Shown here: positions 62,748-64,000 of the stretch, in pieces
Position numbering within the stretch: the stretch's first letter is position 1
Layout: each line of letters starts with the position of its first letter
Assembly: GCA_022821065.1 (NCBI GenBank)
Contig: JAJEEK010000037.1
Span: forward strand, 16,642 to 80,641
Origin: Candidatus Poribacteria bacterium
Lineage (GTDB): Bacteria > Poribacteria > WGA-4E > WGA-3G
DNA length: 64,000 nt
Direction of reading: 5' to 3'
The notes under the pieces: generated by a model
The model's database searches: none
What the model was told of the DNA's origin: nothing
The model's input: the letters and a program-made list of their open reading frames with translations, nothing else
Program-made: the position numbers and the translations under genes

Positions 62748-64000
62748 CTAAAAACTGATAGCCGACTGCTGTTCCTCGTTATAATTGTCCGGAAGGTCAT
62801 TCTCAAAGAGGACAACATCCCCTGCTTGTACCTGTGTCGCTAAATGCTGTTTGACCTCTTCGAGGTTGAGAGCGACGATAATCTGTTGGCTTGGGTATCC
62901 AGCAGCCTTCAAACCGTCAAGGATCGGTTTGGTTTGTATGGGTCCAACTAAGATAACCAGATCACAGACATCGGCGGCTTCTTCTCCGAGCCGTCTGTTT
63001 TCTTCGTATTCTTTTTCGCCGAGTTCTATCATACCGGGCGTTACGAGTACCTTTTTCCCGTCCCCGATTTCATTGAGGGCTTCAAGTGCTGCTTTCGCGC
63101 CGACAGGATTCGAGTTGAAACTGTCATCAATGATGGTCACACCAGCGGCACCGGTTGTCAGTTGCAATCGATGCGGTACAGGTTCGACCTTAGTGATGGC
63201 TTCCCGAATCTCTTCGATTTCCATTCCACATTCGATAGCGACTGTCATAGCAGCGAGGATGTTAGAAACATTGTGTTTGCCTAAAAGTCGCGTCTGAATT
63301 TCTGTGTCAGGAATATCGAATTTCTCAGTATTCGCGTGTACGGTGAAGGCGAGTCCGTTATCGGTGTATCGAACATTCGTAGCGATCAGGTCAGCAGTAT
63401 CGGTGCCTGAAGGCACAGGAGATGCTTCGGTCGCGTAGCGTCTGACGGGACTCCCAGTCTGCTCCCGTTTATCGGCAAGTCCGGCACAAATTTCGTTATC
63501 GCAATTGAAGACAGCAAGTCCATCCGCTGGTAACGACGCAATGAGTTCGTATTTTCCTTTTGCGATATTTTCTATGCTTTTAAACCGCTCCAAATGTTGG
63601 GGTCCGACAGCCGTGAGAATACCGATTTGCGGGAACGCTAAATTACACAATTCACGGATGTCGCCGCGTTTATAAGCGCCCATTTCAACAATAAAGACCT
63701 CGTGTTCTGCAGTCAGGTCGCCACGGATAACCTTACAAATTCCCATGGGTGTATTGTAACTGTTCGGTGTCATTAAGGTGTTGAATTTCTGTGATAGGAT
63801 TTGATGCAAAATATACTTCGTACTCGTTTTGCCGTAACTTCCGGTAATACCGATGACTCTGGGTTGAAGCGTCTTGATACGTCTCCTTGCAGAAAGGAGG
63901 TATGCTTCATTTATCGTCCGTTCCAAAGGATAAATGAGTAGGTTCGCGACCGTTAGGTTGATGACGGCTATCTCACTAAAAAGGAGGATAGCGATTCGCC
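62748..64000 (-). CDS. murF: UDP-N-acetylmuramoyl-tripeptide--D-alanyl-D-alanine ligase (MurF-type Mur ligase), N-terminus beyond window
   Basis: It has the P-loop VIGITGSYGKTSTK, the Mur ligase middle and C-terminal domains, and DDSFNSNP. The frame stays open upstream of the track start (63926) to the window edge. Confidence 0.85.
   Translation of the reverse strand, partial: RIAILLFSEIAVINLTVANLLIYPLERTINEAYLLSARRRIKTLQPRVIGITGSYGKTSTKYILHQILSQKFNTLMTPNSYNTPMGICKVIRGDLTAEHEVFIVEMGAYKRGDIRELCNLAFPQIGILTAVGPQHLERFKSIENIAKGKYELIASLPADGLAVFNCDNEICAGLADKREQTGSPVRRYATEASPVPSGTDTADLIATNVRYTDNGLAFTVHANTEKFDIPDTEIQTRLLGKHNVSNILAAMTVAIECGMEIEEIREAITKVEPVPHRLQLTTGAAGVTIIDDSFNSNPVGAKAALEALNEIGDGKKVLVTPGMIELGEKEYEENRRLGEEAADVCDLVILVGPIQTKPILDGLKAAGYPSQQIIVALNLEEVKQHLATQVQAGDVVLFENDLPDNYNEEQQSAISF

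Noticed and set aside
1-64000. Search by eye for tRNA, rRNA, tmRNA, RNase P, SRP RNA, integrase/transposase genes or prophage structural genes.
   Set aside because: I recognised none. Intergenic spacers are mostly under 200 bp, and the larger ones (20985-21284, 29065-29459, 31677-32159) show no cloverleaf or known RNA signature. A covariance-model scan would be needed to exclude them formally.

Overview
The window is a 64 kb bacterial chromosomal segment of the Gram-negative type (TonB-receptor fragment, full dcw cluster). I cannot assign a phylum from sequence alone. It is densely coding, with about 55 genes.

Housekeeping blocks:
- coaD; recX-alaS; larB; an FtsX-type ABC pair; gatC-gatA.
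- A PcrA/UvrD helicase and uvrA.
- A long minus-strand dcw cluster: murF(partial)-ddl-mraY-murD-ftsW-murG-murC-ftsQ-ftsA-ftsZ.

Accessory material:
- Two tandem paralogous WD40 + metzincin-protease membrane proteins (1-5 kb).
- An AT-rich island at about 16.1-21.0 kb with a PIN nuclease, two TPR proteins that share a C-terminal module (one carries an FRG domain), and a small toxin/antitoxin-like pair.
- A RelE/ParE TA pair at about 23.2-23.7 kb.
- An island at about 40.3-44.8 kb with a type II R-M module whose endonuclease is frame-disrupted, lying tail-to-tail with a self-promoted ABC/SMC-type ATPase + small PD-(D/E)xK nuclease operon. This operon is my best candidate for an uncharacterised defence system.

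Signals the ORF track does not show:
- An ArsC/Spx-like gene with an in-frame TGA at the first Cys of the CxxC motif (candidate selenoprotein with a downstream hairpin).
- Two copies of a 121/153 bp MITE with 13 bp terminal inverted repeats and 5 bp target-site duplications. One copy split an ATGA-coupled gene pair.
- An internally duplicated nucleotidyltransferase/HEPN-like protein whose two halves have lost complementary motifs.
- A near-consensus orphan promoter with no ORF behind it.
- Several families of dispersed short hairpin repeats.

I recognised no rRNA, tRNA, CRISPR array, transposase or integrase by eye. All homology statements rest on motif recognition, not database searches.
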